Source: Takakia lepidozioides (lineage: Eukaryota; Plantae; Bryophyta). Taken from it: a stretch of 64,000 bases of DNA. Made by a program: the position numbers and the translations under genes. Below the pieces are notes generated by a model, which was given only the letters and a program-made list of their open reading frames with translations, had not been told where the DNA came from and did not search any database. The DNA lies in assembly GCA_030704615.1 (NCBI GenBank), contig CM060732.1, positions 80,662,001 to 80,726,000 on the forward strand, given 5' to 3'. Positions 51,014 through 64,000 of the stretch are shown in pieces (the stretch's first letter is position 1; every line of letters begins with the position of its first letter).

Positions 51014-52428
51014 AGCAACGTCCCTGACAGAGTGTCACATTTCATCAACATGAGGGTGGAGAAGTCTCGAGTATTTTCTCAGGACTTTCTCAATCAAATA
51101 GCTAAACTGAAAGAAGGATTTCGTCATGTACTGCAACTGTGAGTGCTGCTCTCTCCGGGAGCTTCCCATACACAATCCAAGTATCGGCATATCTAACAGC
51201 ATCAGCCAAATCCTGCATTAGTAGATTTCATCTTTTGTGAGTTTCTTGAAACCCCTATCACTTCGATGAATTCAACTTGGAATGACATTTTCCATTGTAA
51301 TGAACAGGGTATTTTAACATGGTTCAGCTATACTAAATCAATCAGTGTTTGCTGTTTAGTGTTCAGGGTTCTGAGTGTTACCCAGAGAGGGAGGAGAGAG
51401 AAGGTGTGGCCACAGTAGCATTGCATCTTCTGGGTAGAAAAATAGTAAGAAGGGTCTTCACTGTCAATCTTTATTGAGTTCCTGCAAGTCCTTTATTGCT
51501 TTCAGTAAATCGGGATATCAACTTTGTTCTCAATTTTTTTTTTTAAACTGTGTATGGTGACAAAAACCCCTTCCATCAACGATTCAACAGTGACCAAACA
51601 TATTCCAAATATCAGGTATTGCATAACAGTCACGTAGGTTTGCCTTTATAAAGTGAGGCTCATTGGAACCTTGACAACCATCGTCCATCTTCAATTTCAC
51701 GCTAAACATTGCAATATCTTCAAAACAAAAAAATTCAAAAGCAATCCTTTTACAAGAGATTTGTTCAGCATTTGATTGTTCTTGAGCTTCTCGAAATACA
51801 GAAAATGGTTGGAAAAACGTTCATTCACATCTCTTTCACATGTGTTAGAACTTCAGTTCTTGATGTTGCAGTGTCCTAATTTGGAAAGTCTCTAGTTATA
51901 GGGGCCAAAGTGGCAAATGTGAAACTCCTAGGAACTTGTTGTCCGTGGGCAACAATCATGAATATAAGAAAGCTAAAGAATGCAACATCACTCTTCATTT
52001 GTTTCGAAAGAATTTGAGAGTTATTTAAAAACAGGCGATAGGCCCAAGCTAGCCCAAACTTTCAAATTTGGAATACATTGAAATTTGATATTTTATCTTG
52101 AAATGACCCATATATTCTTAGTTCGAATGAGATATTTTTGAAAATATTGAGCCCATGATTGGATCAAATCATTTAGAAAAACAAAACAACACAAAAATGA
52201 TAATATATATTGATCGTGGTGTGTAGATTTGTTGTCCATGTTTTATTCAGAGCTTCTTGCCCATTGCCTTGGTTTTCTAGAATACTTTGATGGTAGTATT
52301 AGGTTGGTTGAGTAAGTTCATCTTTGAGTATTTTCTTATTTTCTTTAAGGCATATATATACAATGAGCATTAGTGAGCCGGCTCAGTCCACAACTTCGGC
52401 CTTTGTCAACTTCACAGTGGTAGCATTG

Positions 52429-54009
52429 TGTCGCGCACCTCACTTCGGTAATCCCCCCCCCCCTTCAAGTCATAGTTACTCGCTTTGATGCGCGCGCCTA
52501 ACTCCCAAACTGGCCGCCGGGCCAACTTGGAGCTTCGGCTGCTCACTGGGACATAACGGTCCCCCTTTGCTCCTCCACAAGACCCTCTCTCAATTTGGGC
52601 CTAGTGGAAATTCCCTTTGGTTGTTGGCAGTCCGGAACAGCTCCCCACACCTTGGTCGTTTTCCGGCTCGCACGCTTACTCGCTAGTTTTTGGTCACCAA
52701 CGGGCTTGCACTGTTCTCGGGGTTACTACTCCCTATATATACTTCTATGACTGTCCGCGGGGGTTTCACAAACAACCCAGTCATTTTATGGCGAACCACC
52801 ACGAAAACCCTCGATGAGTCTTGGCCCACCCACCATGGCCCCATTGGACCGTGATGAGTCCCAAGACTCCCCACGACTTCCACCACAAGGTCTCCGCCCC
52901 ATGGTGAGTCTTATGCCACCCCCACTAAGACCCACTAAGCTACCACCACTCCTAGTGGACCCACCCACACCGCAACCCGGTGTGCGGGACTCCACCTAGT
53001 GAGTGCCTCCGCCTCCTTGAGTGCCTTGGGTACTCAAGGGTGCTTCAGCCCCCGTACCTATTGTTGTCACTGCCCCCACCATAGGGGCAGCCCCTCTTGT
53101 GTCCCGACCCCCTACCCTCAAGGCAAAGGGCCGCGACACATACCCCTACCAACAGGAAGTCGATGTCCTCATCGACTTGTCCATTTTGTAGAAACGAACA
53201 TCAAAGTTGTGGCGTCCCACATCAAGGAGTTTGTTTCCATACCATGGCGTCCCATGGCAAAGAACCAAACCCCCACTTGACTCAACTCTCCACTAGCTAG
53301 TTCGGCCGACTTCCTCCAAGTCCCGGCCAAGGGTGGAGCCTCTCAAACTCCACCCAGTGCACTTTTCTTGGCCCACTTCAAGACCAAGGAACGATCCTCC
53401 CCGAGGATCGAATCGCCTTACTGCAACAACATTGCTTACGACCGCTCATGATGTCGTTTTTGGCATCACCTTGAACCCCTTTTTGACTAGGAAGATAACC
53501 TTGAACCAACCGCGCGCCCCAATCACTACAATTGGGTCCGCCTTAGAATGTTGGCCTGAGGTACGGGAACACGCCGAAGCCGTACTACGACTTCGTCCCG
53601 ATGTTACACGATTATAGTACGTGAACGGAAGCACGTAGATTCCGCGTTAATCCGCACTACAAGACAACCCCCTCGGTAGGGCAGTTGTAATACGCGCACG
53701 CGCCAGGTGCGCACTAGCACGTGAACTCCCAAAGAAGATGCAAGTTTTCTTACCCCTTGGATGGGAGTCACCCGATTTCGGTACTGCGCAAACACACCGA
53801 TTAATTCAATTTACCTCTCCCACTTTGTAAGCTAGCATGCATTCTACACACTAGCCAACCATACCATGCATCACCATTCCAAACAAAATAGAAAGCACAA
53901 CATTTGGAAACCATTTCATTTATAAACAAAATTTGTGCAACACAAGTTTTTGCAATCGGATTCCTGAGCTAGCTAAGCCGGACTAAGCATGCATTCCCCC
54001 CCCCCCCCC
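52429..54009 (-). mobile_element. Polypurine tract (53994-54009) and candidate 3' LTR of the chromovirus
   Basis: On the minus strand, G14-AA follows the integrase stop, then TG at 53993. A possible CA end lies at 52429. No matching second LTR was found, so the boundaries are tentative. Confidence 0.35.
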
Positions 54010-54032
54010 ACGATCCAAGGTTGATGTCCCCA

Positions 54033-57000
54033 TCAACGATTCTTCCACTTTTGAGGTCGCCCTTCGAAAACTGCAACCGCCTCAGATGCGTTTCTCAATT
54101 CTGAGGCACGCACCCAAGTTGCCTCCACTTGATGATAACCCTTCCATTTCACGAGATACTCTGTTTCTCGATTCTTGAACCTCCTCGACTTAAGCACTGC
54201 CTCCACCTCGTACTCAGGTTCATTTTCATGATCCAACAGCACAAGTGGCGGACGCAACACTTGATGTCGATTCGGACGTGCTTCATCTTTGAAGTAAGGC
54301 GTCAAAAAGGAGACATGGAATACCGGATGCACCTTGTTGTTTGCCAGCAGCTCCAATTCATACACATCCTCATTCATAACCTTCCGGATGCGAAAGAGCC
54401 CCGCATACGGAGGTACGAACTTCGGACTCACTTCCGGAGGTAGTCGAAAATTCTTGATGTTCAACCAGACCTCCATGCCTGCCTCAAACTTAACTTCCCT
54501 CTGTTTCTGATTCGTCTGCCGTCCATACCGTTTCTTAGCTTTGGCAATGTTGTATTTTGCAAGCTTCAACAAACGTTCGCGTTCTTCCAGCACCGCTGCT
54601 GCTGCCGGTTCCTCAATGTCCTGGGCGGCCCAACTTGTCGGCACCAGAGGTGCTTTTCCATAGACCAATACGGAAGGGGAAACTCCCGTTGCAGAGTGTT
54701 TTGTGTTATTATAACAGAACTCTGCCGCATCCAAATGCTCTGATTGGTCTGCCGACACATAATTCCGCAAGATCTGCTTCACCACGGAATTCACTCTTTC
54801 CGTTTGGCCGTCCGTCGTAGGTCGGAAGGCGGTGCTCATCTTGAGCCCCGTCCCCATTTTCTTCCAAAGTGCCCTCCAAAATTTACTTGTAAACTTTGGA
54901 TCGTGGTCCGAGATAATATCCTTCGGAAATCCATGATGCTTGAAGACATGGGCGAAATAAAGTCGTTTCGTCTTCTACGCTTGTCGTCTTCTACGCCATC
55001 GCCATCGCCGTCTCCTTGGTGGGAATGAAATGGCCCATTTTACTGAACCTATTCACCACCACCATGATTGCATCGAATCCTTTTGACAGCGGCATAACAG
55101 TCATGAAATCCATCGAGACACTTTCCCAAGACCCCTCTGGAATCGGCAAGGGTTGTAACAGCCCCGCTTGCTTTTTGTACTCGCTCCGGTTTTGTTGGCA
55201 TGTGGTGCATGTCTTGACATACTCCTCGGCCTCCTCCCTCAGTTTGGGCCAGAAATACTCTTTCTTCAAGAGTGTCGCGGTGCGTTTGGCTCCGCCGTGG
55301 CCCGCAAACGGGCCATCGTAGCATTCTTTCAGGAGATTATTTCTGATCCCTCCCTTCGACACGTAGAGGCGCTTTGGCTTGTACCGGAGCAGTCCATTGT
55401 GCAAGTGGAACTGCGATTTAACCCCCATCCTCAACACGGACTTCGCCATCTCATCCTTCCGGTAAGCCTTTCGGATCTTCCTTTGGAGCGTCGTCTCGCC
55501 TTTGTATACCAACATGAGCTACTGCTTTCTACTTAAAACATCGGCCACCACATTGTCCCGTCCCGGTTTGTACTGGATATCCACGTCGAACACCGCCAAA
55601 GTGTCTTGCCACCTAAGTTATTTTGGGGACAACTTAGGCTGCGTGGCAAAATACTTCACCGTGACATTGTCCGTGAACACCTTCACCGGGTTGGAACCAA
55701 CATAGTGGCGCCAAAGCTCAAGGCAATGCACCACCGCCTTCATTTTTTTCTCGTGCGTAGGCCACCGTCGCTCCACTTCATTCAGTTTCTTACTTTTGTA
55801 AGCCACTAGACGTCTATCCTGCATGAGTACACCCCCAATTGCGAAGTCCGACACATTTGTATGAATCTCAAATGGATGGTCGAACTCCGGGATTTTCAGG
55901 ACTGGAGCTTTCGCCATCCGCTGCTTCAACTCGGCAAAAGTTTGGCCACAAAAGGTGTTCCATACCCATACCTTGGACTTACACAAAAGGTTTGACAGCG
56001 GCCCTGCGATCTTGGCGAAATTTCTCATATACTTTCAGTAATAGGAGGCGAGTCCTAGGAAGGATCGCACTCCCGGGACCGAAGTCGGAGGCTCCCAGTC
56101 CAATATCACCCTCACCTTTCTGTCATCCATTTTGATCCCATCCTATGTAATCACATGCCCTAGGAACTCCACTTTTGTTACCCCGAATTTGCACTTTGAA
56201 GCTTTGGCATACAGCTTCACTTCTCGCAATTTCTGGAACACCCTTTTGAGGTGCTCCAAGTGCTCTTCCTTCGTTTTCGAATACACCAAGATGTCATCAA
56301 TGTACACGATCACAAAGTCATCCAACTACACCTGGAAAAGGCTGTTCATTAGCGTGCTAAAGGTCGCGGGTGCATTGGTGAGCCCAAAAGGCATCACCAA
56401 GAACTCATACGAACCATATCTTGTCCTGCACGCGATCTTCTCCTCAGCTCCTTTCGCCACTCGGATTTGATGGTAGCCGGAGCGCAAATCGATCCAGCTG
56501 AAATACTTCGCTCCTGCCAACCGATCGAAGAGGTCGTCGATCCTTGGCAAAGGGTACCGGTTTTTTATAGTCACCTTATTCAGCGCCCTGTAATCGACAC
56601 ACATCCGCAACGTCCCATCCTTCTTGTCTGCGAATAGCACCGGGGCTCCGTAAGGTGACTTACTCGGCCGGATGTACCCCTTTGACATTAGATCCTTGAG
56701 TTGGGCCTTCAGCTCGTCCAACTCTCTGTGGCTCAACCGGTAGGGCGCCTTGGCAGGCGGCTCCGATCCTGCATCACCTCTATCTTGTGGTCAACTCCTC
56801 TTCGCGGTGGCAAGCCGCTTGGTAAATCCTCCGGCATCACATCTTGGTATTTCTCCAAGATCCCCTTGATTCAATCTGGGCTCGGTTCCCTATCGACTTC
56901 TCCTTCCACTTGTCTTACATAAAGCAAAAACTGGGGCTCGTGTGGCTCTTCCACGACCCACTTCTTTGCTGACAGCAGGTTTATTCGCCCTCCCACTCGG

Positions 57001-57400
57001 TTGGGCGTTTCCGATACCTGTAAAACTTTGCCACCATTCCCACACGGTAGCGTGACTATTCTCTTGCGGCCATCTATAACCGCTCCGGATTTGCTCAGAA
57101 AAGTCATCCCCAAAATGAGATACACTCCATCGATCTCGCAAATGGTGAAGTTCTCACGTCCCTCCAACTCCCCGAGCTGAAGAGGAACTTCGAACACCAA
57201 CCTCGTCGCCAATTGTGGTTCTTCTTTGGCAGAACGCACCTCAATAGAGGCCCCCACATCACTTATCGGGAGCCCCAGCTTCTGTGCCGTTGCCGGTATC
57301 ATGAAGGAGTGCGACGCTCCTGGGGAATTGAACTTCCCAACCCGGTTCCGCAAGAATGTTGGGGTCATTGTATATGTCCCAACAAAGTTCGCGCCTGGCC
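54033..57400 (-). mobile_element. Degenerate Ty3/Gypsy chromovirus pol: protease-RT-RNase H-integrase-chromodomain
   Basis: GASHSF..LILGMTFL (protease); [46 protein letters not shown] (RT); SDFAIGGVLMQ (RNase H); GHGG..CTTCQ, SMDF, TDGQTERVN (integrase); YEVEAVL..YLVKWKGY..ATW (chromodomain). Several stops and frameshifts. Confidence 0.95.
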
Positions 57401-57908
57401 CCTTTTGGTTTTTTTTTTGGAGGTCCAGATTCATTATCATCATCCCTGGGATGACCTCCTCTGTCTTCCTCCTCCGCCATTTATGGCTCTGGCTTACCCC
57501 TACTCGACAGGTGTTTGCTAAGAACAATGCTCTCCCAACCCTCCTAAATCGTACCTAATCCTACTCCCTAATGAATCCTCCCCAAGTACTAGAGGCACGT
57601 GTCACTCCCTCCGCAGTTTTAAGTGATATGACGCAATGTGCAATGAAAAAAATGTGGGTGCCAGAGGAGAGCTTCCCGGGAGGTACTTAGCATCGATTTC
57701 GTAGAAACTAACGGCCCAAAATACCCCCCACCCAACCAATAGCACCCCTCTCCACTTGGACTCAATGACAAGGAATGCAACATCCCATCGCCCACCAAGT
57801 CCTGGTGTGGAGAAAAGTGAGGGAGAGAATGGCCTCCAAGGCCTTATAAGCCCCTCCTCCACACTCGGGGCGCGCGTTGTCATCATGACTGCGCACGTTA
57901 GTAATAGC

Positions 57909-59090
57909 TGCGACCGCTAGCAGGGGGTGGTCGCATCATTTTTTCTTTTATTTATTAGGTGCGACCACCAGCAGGGGGGTGGTCGCAGATTTTTTTATTT
58001 TTTTAATGGGTGCGATCACAAGCAAGGGGGTGGTCGCAGATTTTTTTTTTTTTTAATAGGTGCGACCACCAACAGGGAGGTGGTCGCATAATTTATTTAT
58101 TTTTTAATAGGCGCGACCACCAGCAGGGGGGTGGTCGTAGAAATTTTGTTTAAAACAAATAGGTGCGACCACCACCTACTGGTGGTTGCACTATTTTCCT
58201 TTTCTTTAATAGATGCGACCACCAATAGGGGGGTGGTCGCATAATTTTCCGATTTTTTAATATCTACCAACAGTCAGTAGCTTAATTGGTTAAGTGCACT
58301 GAGTGCGATCCGGACGATTCTGGGGTCAAATCTTGCTACTTGATGGGTGTGGTATTGTTCGTGTGTGGTGCCCCATTCCTACGCCTCATGGCGCATAAAT
58401 GAAAGAGGTTATTTTCTCCTCTCACTACTAAGGGGCCTGATTTGTGAGCTGTCACTCCCAGGTGTTTCCCAAAAATAAAATAAAAATAAAAATAAAATCT
58501 GCGACCACCAGCAGGGGGTGGTTGCACCATTTTTTTTTAGGGGTGACCACCAACAAGGGGGTGGTCGCAGATTTTTCTATTTTTAAATAGCTGCGACCAC
58601 CAACAGGGGGGTGGTCGGGCCATTTTTCTTTTTGTTAAATAAGTGCGAATAATATGTAGAGCAGTTTCATTCGGGCCCTGATTCTAGAGTGGTCCAGGAA
58701 TTACTGTGGCCCGGGAATTAGAGTGGGGCGCCTATCTAGGAAGTCCACATGTATTAAGGAATGAGATGAGGGGGTCCAAAAAAAGAATGGAGGAATTGGC
58801 TAAATTTAGAATAGGGAGTCTTGTAGGGTTGACATGTGTCCAAGGCCTTCTAGAAGGCTCCCAGGGTCGGCGGGCTTCTAGAAGGGTCCCACCGCCCTGA
58901 GAGGCTATATAAGGGAACCCCCCCTTACTACGTACTAACTTACTACCTATTAAATCAGTAAATAGGTGCGACTACCAGCAAGGGGGTGGTCGCAACATTT
59001 TTCTTTTATTTTAACAGTTGCGACGACCGCTACTGGTGGTCGCACAATTATTATTTTTAAAATATGTGCGACCACCAGGAGGTTGGTCCC
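57909..59090. repeat. Array of about 13 palindromic ~27-bp units (TGCGACCACC..GGTGGTCGCA) with AT-rich spacers, ~51-bp period
   Basis: Units start at about 57909, 57960, 58011, 58061, 58112, 58164 (inverted), 58214, 58500, 58543, 58593, 58967, 59020 (inverted) and 59067. Confidence 0.9.
58266..58498 (+). mobile_element. tRNA-derived SINE inserted in the palindrome array
   Basis: A-box TAGCTTAATTGG, B-box GGGTCAAATC, and an A-rich tail (AAAAT)n. Homologous to 13886-14553. It breaks the array period between units 7 and 8. Confidence 0.65.
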
Positions 59091-59853
59091 CTTGCACATG
59101 TATGTATGTTTGGAGAGGCAGATGAAAAGCACATGTATCGACTCCCCATGGATTTGTGAAGGGGAAGATGAATGTTGGGAGCTGCACCTGGCCTTTGTGG
59201 CTTTCGAAACCATAATAGGAAATCAACAATGTAAAGGTAATGACGAAACACAAACACACGCACAATCACCAAACCCTTTCTTGGGTACACATATTCCACC
59301 ATTTTTATTTCTGTACACGTATGCATGTACCCAAATTGAAACATGGATATCCATGGAAACATACTACACATCATGTGACAGAAGTTATAGCTGTACCTAG
59401 TTCTGTCTGGCACAACGACGATGGTACGATCTCACGCCTAGTACAAAATCTTCGTCCCTACTCACTTCACCCCCGTTCCCATGATCAGTGCTAGAATCAT
59501 GATCTCCATCTGTTCTTTCGTTTCCAGGCCGTTGGACCTGTAGTTGTCCTCGGAGTACGTTCAGTTGTCTCTCTGGTCGATTTCCACTCCTATCATGAAT
59601 ACCATCTAGGGTATCAGGCCTGTTCACAGGTCGGTCACCAACAAAAGGTTGCACAATTCTCTGCCGTTTCTGGGCTTGTCCCGGATTTCGTGGTGGCCTT
59701 GGAGCAGGTCTTGTATGAGGAAGGCTACTCGCACGTACATCAGAGGGGCCAACATGAGAGGAAGGGGCATGAGATGGACCAGCGAGGGTCGAGGTAGCAC
59801 GGTTCACATGCGGACGTCGTCGGGCCAGATGAAACGACAATGGCCGGTCGTCG

Positions 59854-61845
59854 TCATCTGATGGTTCGACTCGCAGAAGTCCCGCAACAGAAGAAGCATC
59901 TCCCAGGATCGGAGTAGCAAGATGGAGCGGCGTGAGATGAAGCACGGTTCATAGGAGCACGATATCGGTGAAGGAATGACAACGGCCTGTTGTCATCATC
60001 CGACGATTCGACTTGCACATCTCCCGCAGTCCGTGGAACTCGTGAAGGGGGAGAGTTGACCTCAATTTCATTGTTGAAAGTGTGCTCCACTGGGGGAAGG
60101 GGGTCCGCAATTGGGATGACACCATGTCGCAGTTCATCAACAACAAGGTCATCGAAGGATGGATGCATTGCAGCATCATCGTCATTAAATTCATATGGGT
60201 CATGTGGAGGATTGCCCACATCATCGGACCCATCCCAACCGTTGGAGTCGGAGTCCCTCGTGGCGTCGGTGTCATCATTGCTGCTAGATTGGACCTCTGA
60301 GGCAGATTCTTCAAACAACAGATTCTTCTTGTACCATGCAGATGCGTCACTTGCTGTCCTCTCTCGCAGTAGCCTACAATTCGTGTAGACATAAACCAAT
60401 TTGTCAGCCCTGACAAGATTCAACCTGTTGCGAATCTTGTTGTAAACAAACGAGTTCGTGCTCCAGTTCCGCTCACAGGACGAGGCAGAGCACACTTGAG
60501 CAAAAATACGTTTTGCAATGGGAGCTAATGTTCTTGCTCCAGCTCCAATCGGATCCCACCATTCATGTGGCAACATGTTCATTGCTTTTGGATCCGACAT
60601 GTCATGGAAAGGATTTCTGGCGATCCGAGAAGCACTGATACTCGGACAAAGCTCGCTCTGTCATGTTCAAGGGCGCGAGTTGCATGATGACCCGTACAAG
60701 CCCGGCGTTGATATCCACATCGTCTCTCAAATCTGTATTGTCCAGCAAGAATGGATTCAGCAAGCCCCCGCATAATGCAAGTCTGTGCGAACCATCCGTT
60801 TGCGGTCGTAAAATGCATCCTCGGTCCTTGCCGCCAAATCATCGTCCATAGAAAATGGAGGACACCTCAAGGATTGCACATTTTCCAATATCAACCATGC
60901 TTTACCCATTATTGGTTGTTTTCCATCAAACTCCCGCAAAGCAATCAACACCGGCTCCACCATGTACACAAAATTTGCACATTTCGCCCAGAAATCGTCG
61001 GAGCGAATGATTGCGCGGACCCTCCGACTTTTGTTCAAAGACTTGGACTTACGAGATTCGCGTAAGGTGCCCACATACGCATCCCATTGAGAGTCAATGA
61101 TCACCTGCTCCTGACCCGCCCTCACAGTCACCAATCGCTTTGTAGCAAAGCGGGTTTCACCCGGGTTCCTAAGGCTGTATTTGGGTTCATGTTTTCTAAA
61201 CAATGCCAGAGGGATGTGATGTGTACGAATGAACGTCACAACCGACTTTGCCCTTTTTACTAGTTGTTTCATCCATGATTCTTTTCCCTAATCCTCCAAA
61301 ATGAGATTAAAGATATGAGCAGCACACCCTTGGTAATATAGATGGGGATATCGTACCATCAAAATATCGGCGATATTAACCATGTTAGATGCATTGTCTG
61401 TGCACACTTGGACAATTTTATTAGCTCCAATTTTATCGATGAAACTTGTCAACAACCCTGCTTGATAACGTGCATCTTTTCTCTCCCCGCTTGTGTCAAC
61501 GGATCCCAAAAATTGTTCCCCCGCAGGACAGACCAGCATGACATTGAACAGTGGTCGATTAGTAACAGAACTCCAACTGTCCGCACATATAGTGCTTCCA
61601 TGTTTCCGGAGAGAATCACCTGTCTTTTCATTCACCTTTTGGGTGAGGTCAGACATAGCCTCTTCTAGCAATCATGTGCGGAGATCGCGATAACTCGGAG
61701 GTGTGTATGTGGACTTGGAATCGGACGTGGCTTTGACAGTAGCCACAAACGCAGGAAGCCTCGAGACATTGAACGGAATATTGGCCTCGTAGAAAAATTG
61801 GGCCCACTTCTTATCCAGAGTCCTCCTGTGCGACAAATTTAAGCT
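59854..61845 (-). mobile_element. Degenerate hAT transposase (DUF659 plus hAT dimerisation domain)
   Basis: TICADSWS..RPLFNVM..FLGSVDTSGE..IVQVCTDNASNM..CAAHIFNLILED; PGETRFAT; WW..LAPIAKRIFAQVCSASSCERNWS. Broken by stops and frameshifts. Confidence 0.92.
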
Positions 61846-62628
61846 GTCAAGTTAAATAAGCACAGTGTGAAAACAGCTAGAATAAAACTAGTTATTTGTA
61901 TTTAACACTTGGATTTAGGTCAAGTGTTAAATCAGGTGTCAAGTTTAGTTTGACACCTGGTCCGTCTTATCTTCACGAGAGCGGCAGTCGCGCAGCTCAT
62001 CTCTCTCGAGTTGAGCTGCGCGCGACCGAGCTCCTGCATCGTTAGAGTGTGCTTATGATGGGAGTGTAGGTTGTTGTGGGGTGGAGTCCCCATAGCTTGG
62101 GGTGCCCCTGGCTCGACTGTTATTTTAAAGAGTGATGCTGTTGGATTCATGTTGTTTCTTGTGTGAACAGTGTGTCCTTAGCTTTCTTATCACTCGAGAG
62201 AGATGAACGCTATCTAGTTTTCTAGTGCTAAGCTAGATACAATGTTTGTTTTAGCACTATTATAATATATATTGGGGCAGGAGTCCATTGGCCCTGCTGT
62301 TGCCATGGGTATGCGCTTGTTGTTTCACACATTGCGTTGGTGGTGATGGTGTAGTCATCCCTGTTTGTGGTGGCGGGTGCGCGCAGGGGCCCTGGCAGCT
62401 CTGGCCTGAGCGCTGGGGCAGGCTGAGCACCCAGTAGGCCAGTCGTGCCCAACTTGTGTGGTCATTTGTGTTGCAGCTCAAGAAGGGCCATTGGCTTGTA
62501 GCCCATTCTGGCTTGCAAGCATATTGCTGGATTCACCGTGCCCTGTAGAGACTCGCTGCCAGCGTACAGGAAAGGTAGTCGGAGGAGGCAGTAGGTCGTG
62601 GGCCTTCTCCACTTTTTCCTGAATGGGA

Positions 62629-63128
62629 NNNNNNNNNNNNNNNNNNNNNNNNNNNNNNNNNNNNNNNNNNNNNNNNNNNNNNNNNNNNNNNNNNNNNNNN
62701 NNNNNNNNNNNNNNNNNNNNNNNNNNNNNNNNNNNNNNNNNNNNNNNNNNNNNNNNNNNNNNNNNNNNNNNNNNNNNNNNNNNNNNNNNNNNNNNNNNNN
62801 NNNNNNNNNNNNNNNNNNNNNNNNNNNNNNNNNNNNNNNNNNNNNNNNNNNNNNNNNNNNNNNNNNNNNNNNNNNNNNNNNNNNNNNNNNNNNNNNNNNN
62901 NNNNNNNNNNNNNNNNNNNNNNNNNNNNNNNNNNNNNNNNNNNNNNNNNNNNNNNNNNNNNNNNNNNNNNNNNNNNNNNNNNNNNNNNNNNNNNNNNNNN
63001 NNNNNNNNNNNNNNNNNNNNNNNNNNNNNNNNNNNNNNNNNNNNNNNNNNNNNNNNNNNNNNNNNNNNNNNNNNNNNNNNNNNNNNNNNNNNNNNNNNNN
63101 NNNNNNNNNNNNNNNNNNNNNNNNNNNN
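62629..63128. other. Assembly gap (500 N)
   Basis: Run of 500 N characters. Confidence 1.
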
Positions 63129-64000
63129 GAGTACATCCCAGATTTATCTCTCATGTAGACCAGAACAGGTTCTAGAAACAGGATTGTGGATCTTTCATGG
63201 CACACTCACACTCTAAAAATTCCATAGATTTTTAGCAGAGTCCCAAAAACAAAAAACCAGGTCTAGATAGGTAGCTTTTCCCTTTCTGCAGCTATCCCCT
63301 CAAAAATTGAGTCAAACGGAGCTCATTTGACGAAGATATGACCAACCAGGCTCTTTAAACATAACACCTTTTTCTTTTCTTTCCCCTTTTTTTAAAAAAA
63401 ATAAGACAAAACAAATACAAAGAAAACTCTTTTTTCTTTTTCTTTTTTTTAAAATACTTGTCTTGCTTCCCTGTTCCCTGTTTATCTACGGGTTCCCGAG
63501 GCCGTTCCCCTCCAGGTCTATGCAAAATCAAGCTGGTGCGGACAATGCTCACGTACTGAGGCACTCAGGATTGAAGACCCAAAGTGCTTCTATCTCGTCT
63601 CACCAACAGCCGACGATACTGCCTGCAGCAGCTCTCACACCATCAGGCCCTGACCAGCAAAAGGTTCGCCCACATGCATATCCCCCTGTGTAATGTTCTC
63701 TACTCATGCTTGCAATCAACCAACTTCAAAGCGTCCAATGCCAAGCCTCGTTAAAGGGTCCAAAGCGCCTCGTTTATCTACAATGAAGGTGCACACCATG
63801 AACAGTAACGGGTTAGCTCCCCTCCAGAGACGTAACCGGCCTGAATAGAAGCAAGAAACCAATCCTCTTTGATTTGCTCTTCACAGAACAGGAGAAATCT
63901 GATCGCCGTAATGCATTGACACCACGACACGAGGCGTCGTCGAACGTCCTCCCTTTCTACTTTACAACCACAGCCGCTCCTTCACAGCAACGATGCACTC

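Noticed and set aside
57909-59090. CRISPR array
   Set aside because: Eukaryotic context, no cas genes, degenerate units in mixed orientation, and low-complexity AT spacers that resemble one another.
62462-63216. ORFs of 186-247 aa
   Set aside because: Artefacts of translating through the 500-N gap.

Overview
Eukaryotic, land-plant nuclear DNA. The long regular LSP-triplet DYW PPR gene and the TE families hint at a non-angiosperm plant, but that is an inference. Host genes: (1) a 19-exon DNA primase large subunit gene (2521-10054, +) with an E2F site upstream; (2) an intronless secreted polyprotein (35759-37747, +) carrying about 18 Asn-terminated peptide units; (3) two tRNA-Leu genes (AAG, CAA) only 6 bp apart; (4) an SGS3-like zinc finger/XS/coiled-coil gene spliced in frame to a C-terminal RING finger (40165-44564, -); (5) a PLS-E-DYW PPR RNA-editing factor (48188-51013, +). 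The remainder is mostly decayed TEs: Ty3/Gypsy gag and RT pieces, a chromovirus, two hAT-type transposase remnants, a CACTA element with its TSD, SINEs and TIR elements, plus a 500-N gap. The best candidate for an undescribed system is the polyprotein. Its 34-aa repeats align with the IDA EPIP peptide (FNVLSKTSPTGSSGTPSKSHN vs FGYLPKGVPIPPSAPSKRHN), and it also carries a second class of repeats (KSGTPSKGGN). Other candidates are the SGS3-RING fusion and two paralogous F-box-like ORFs in the leader of a Gypsy element. All calls were made by eye; no database searches were run.
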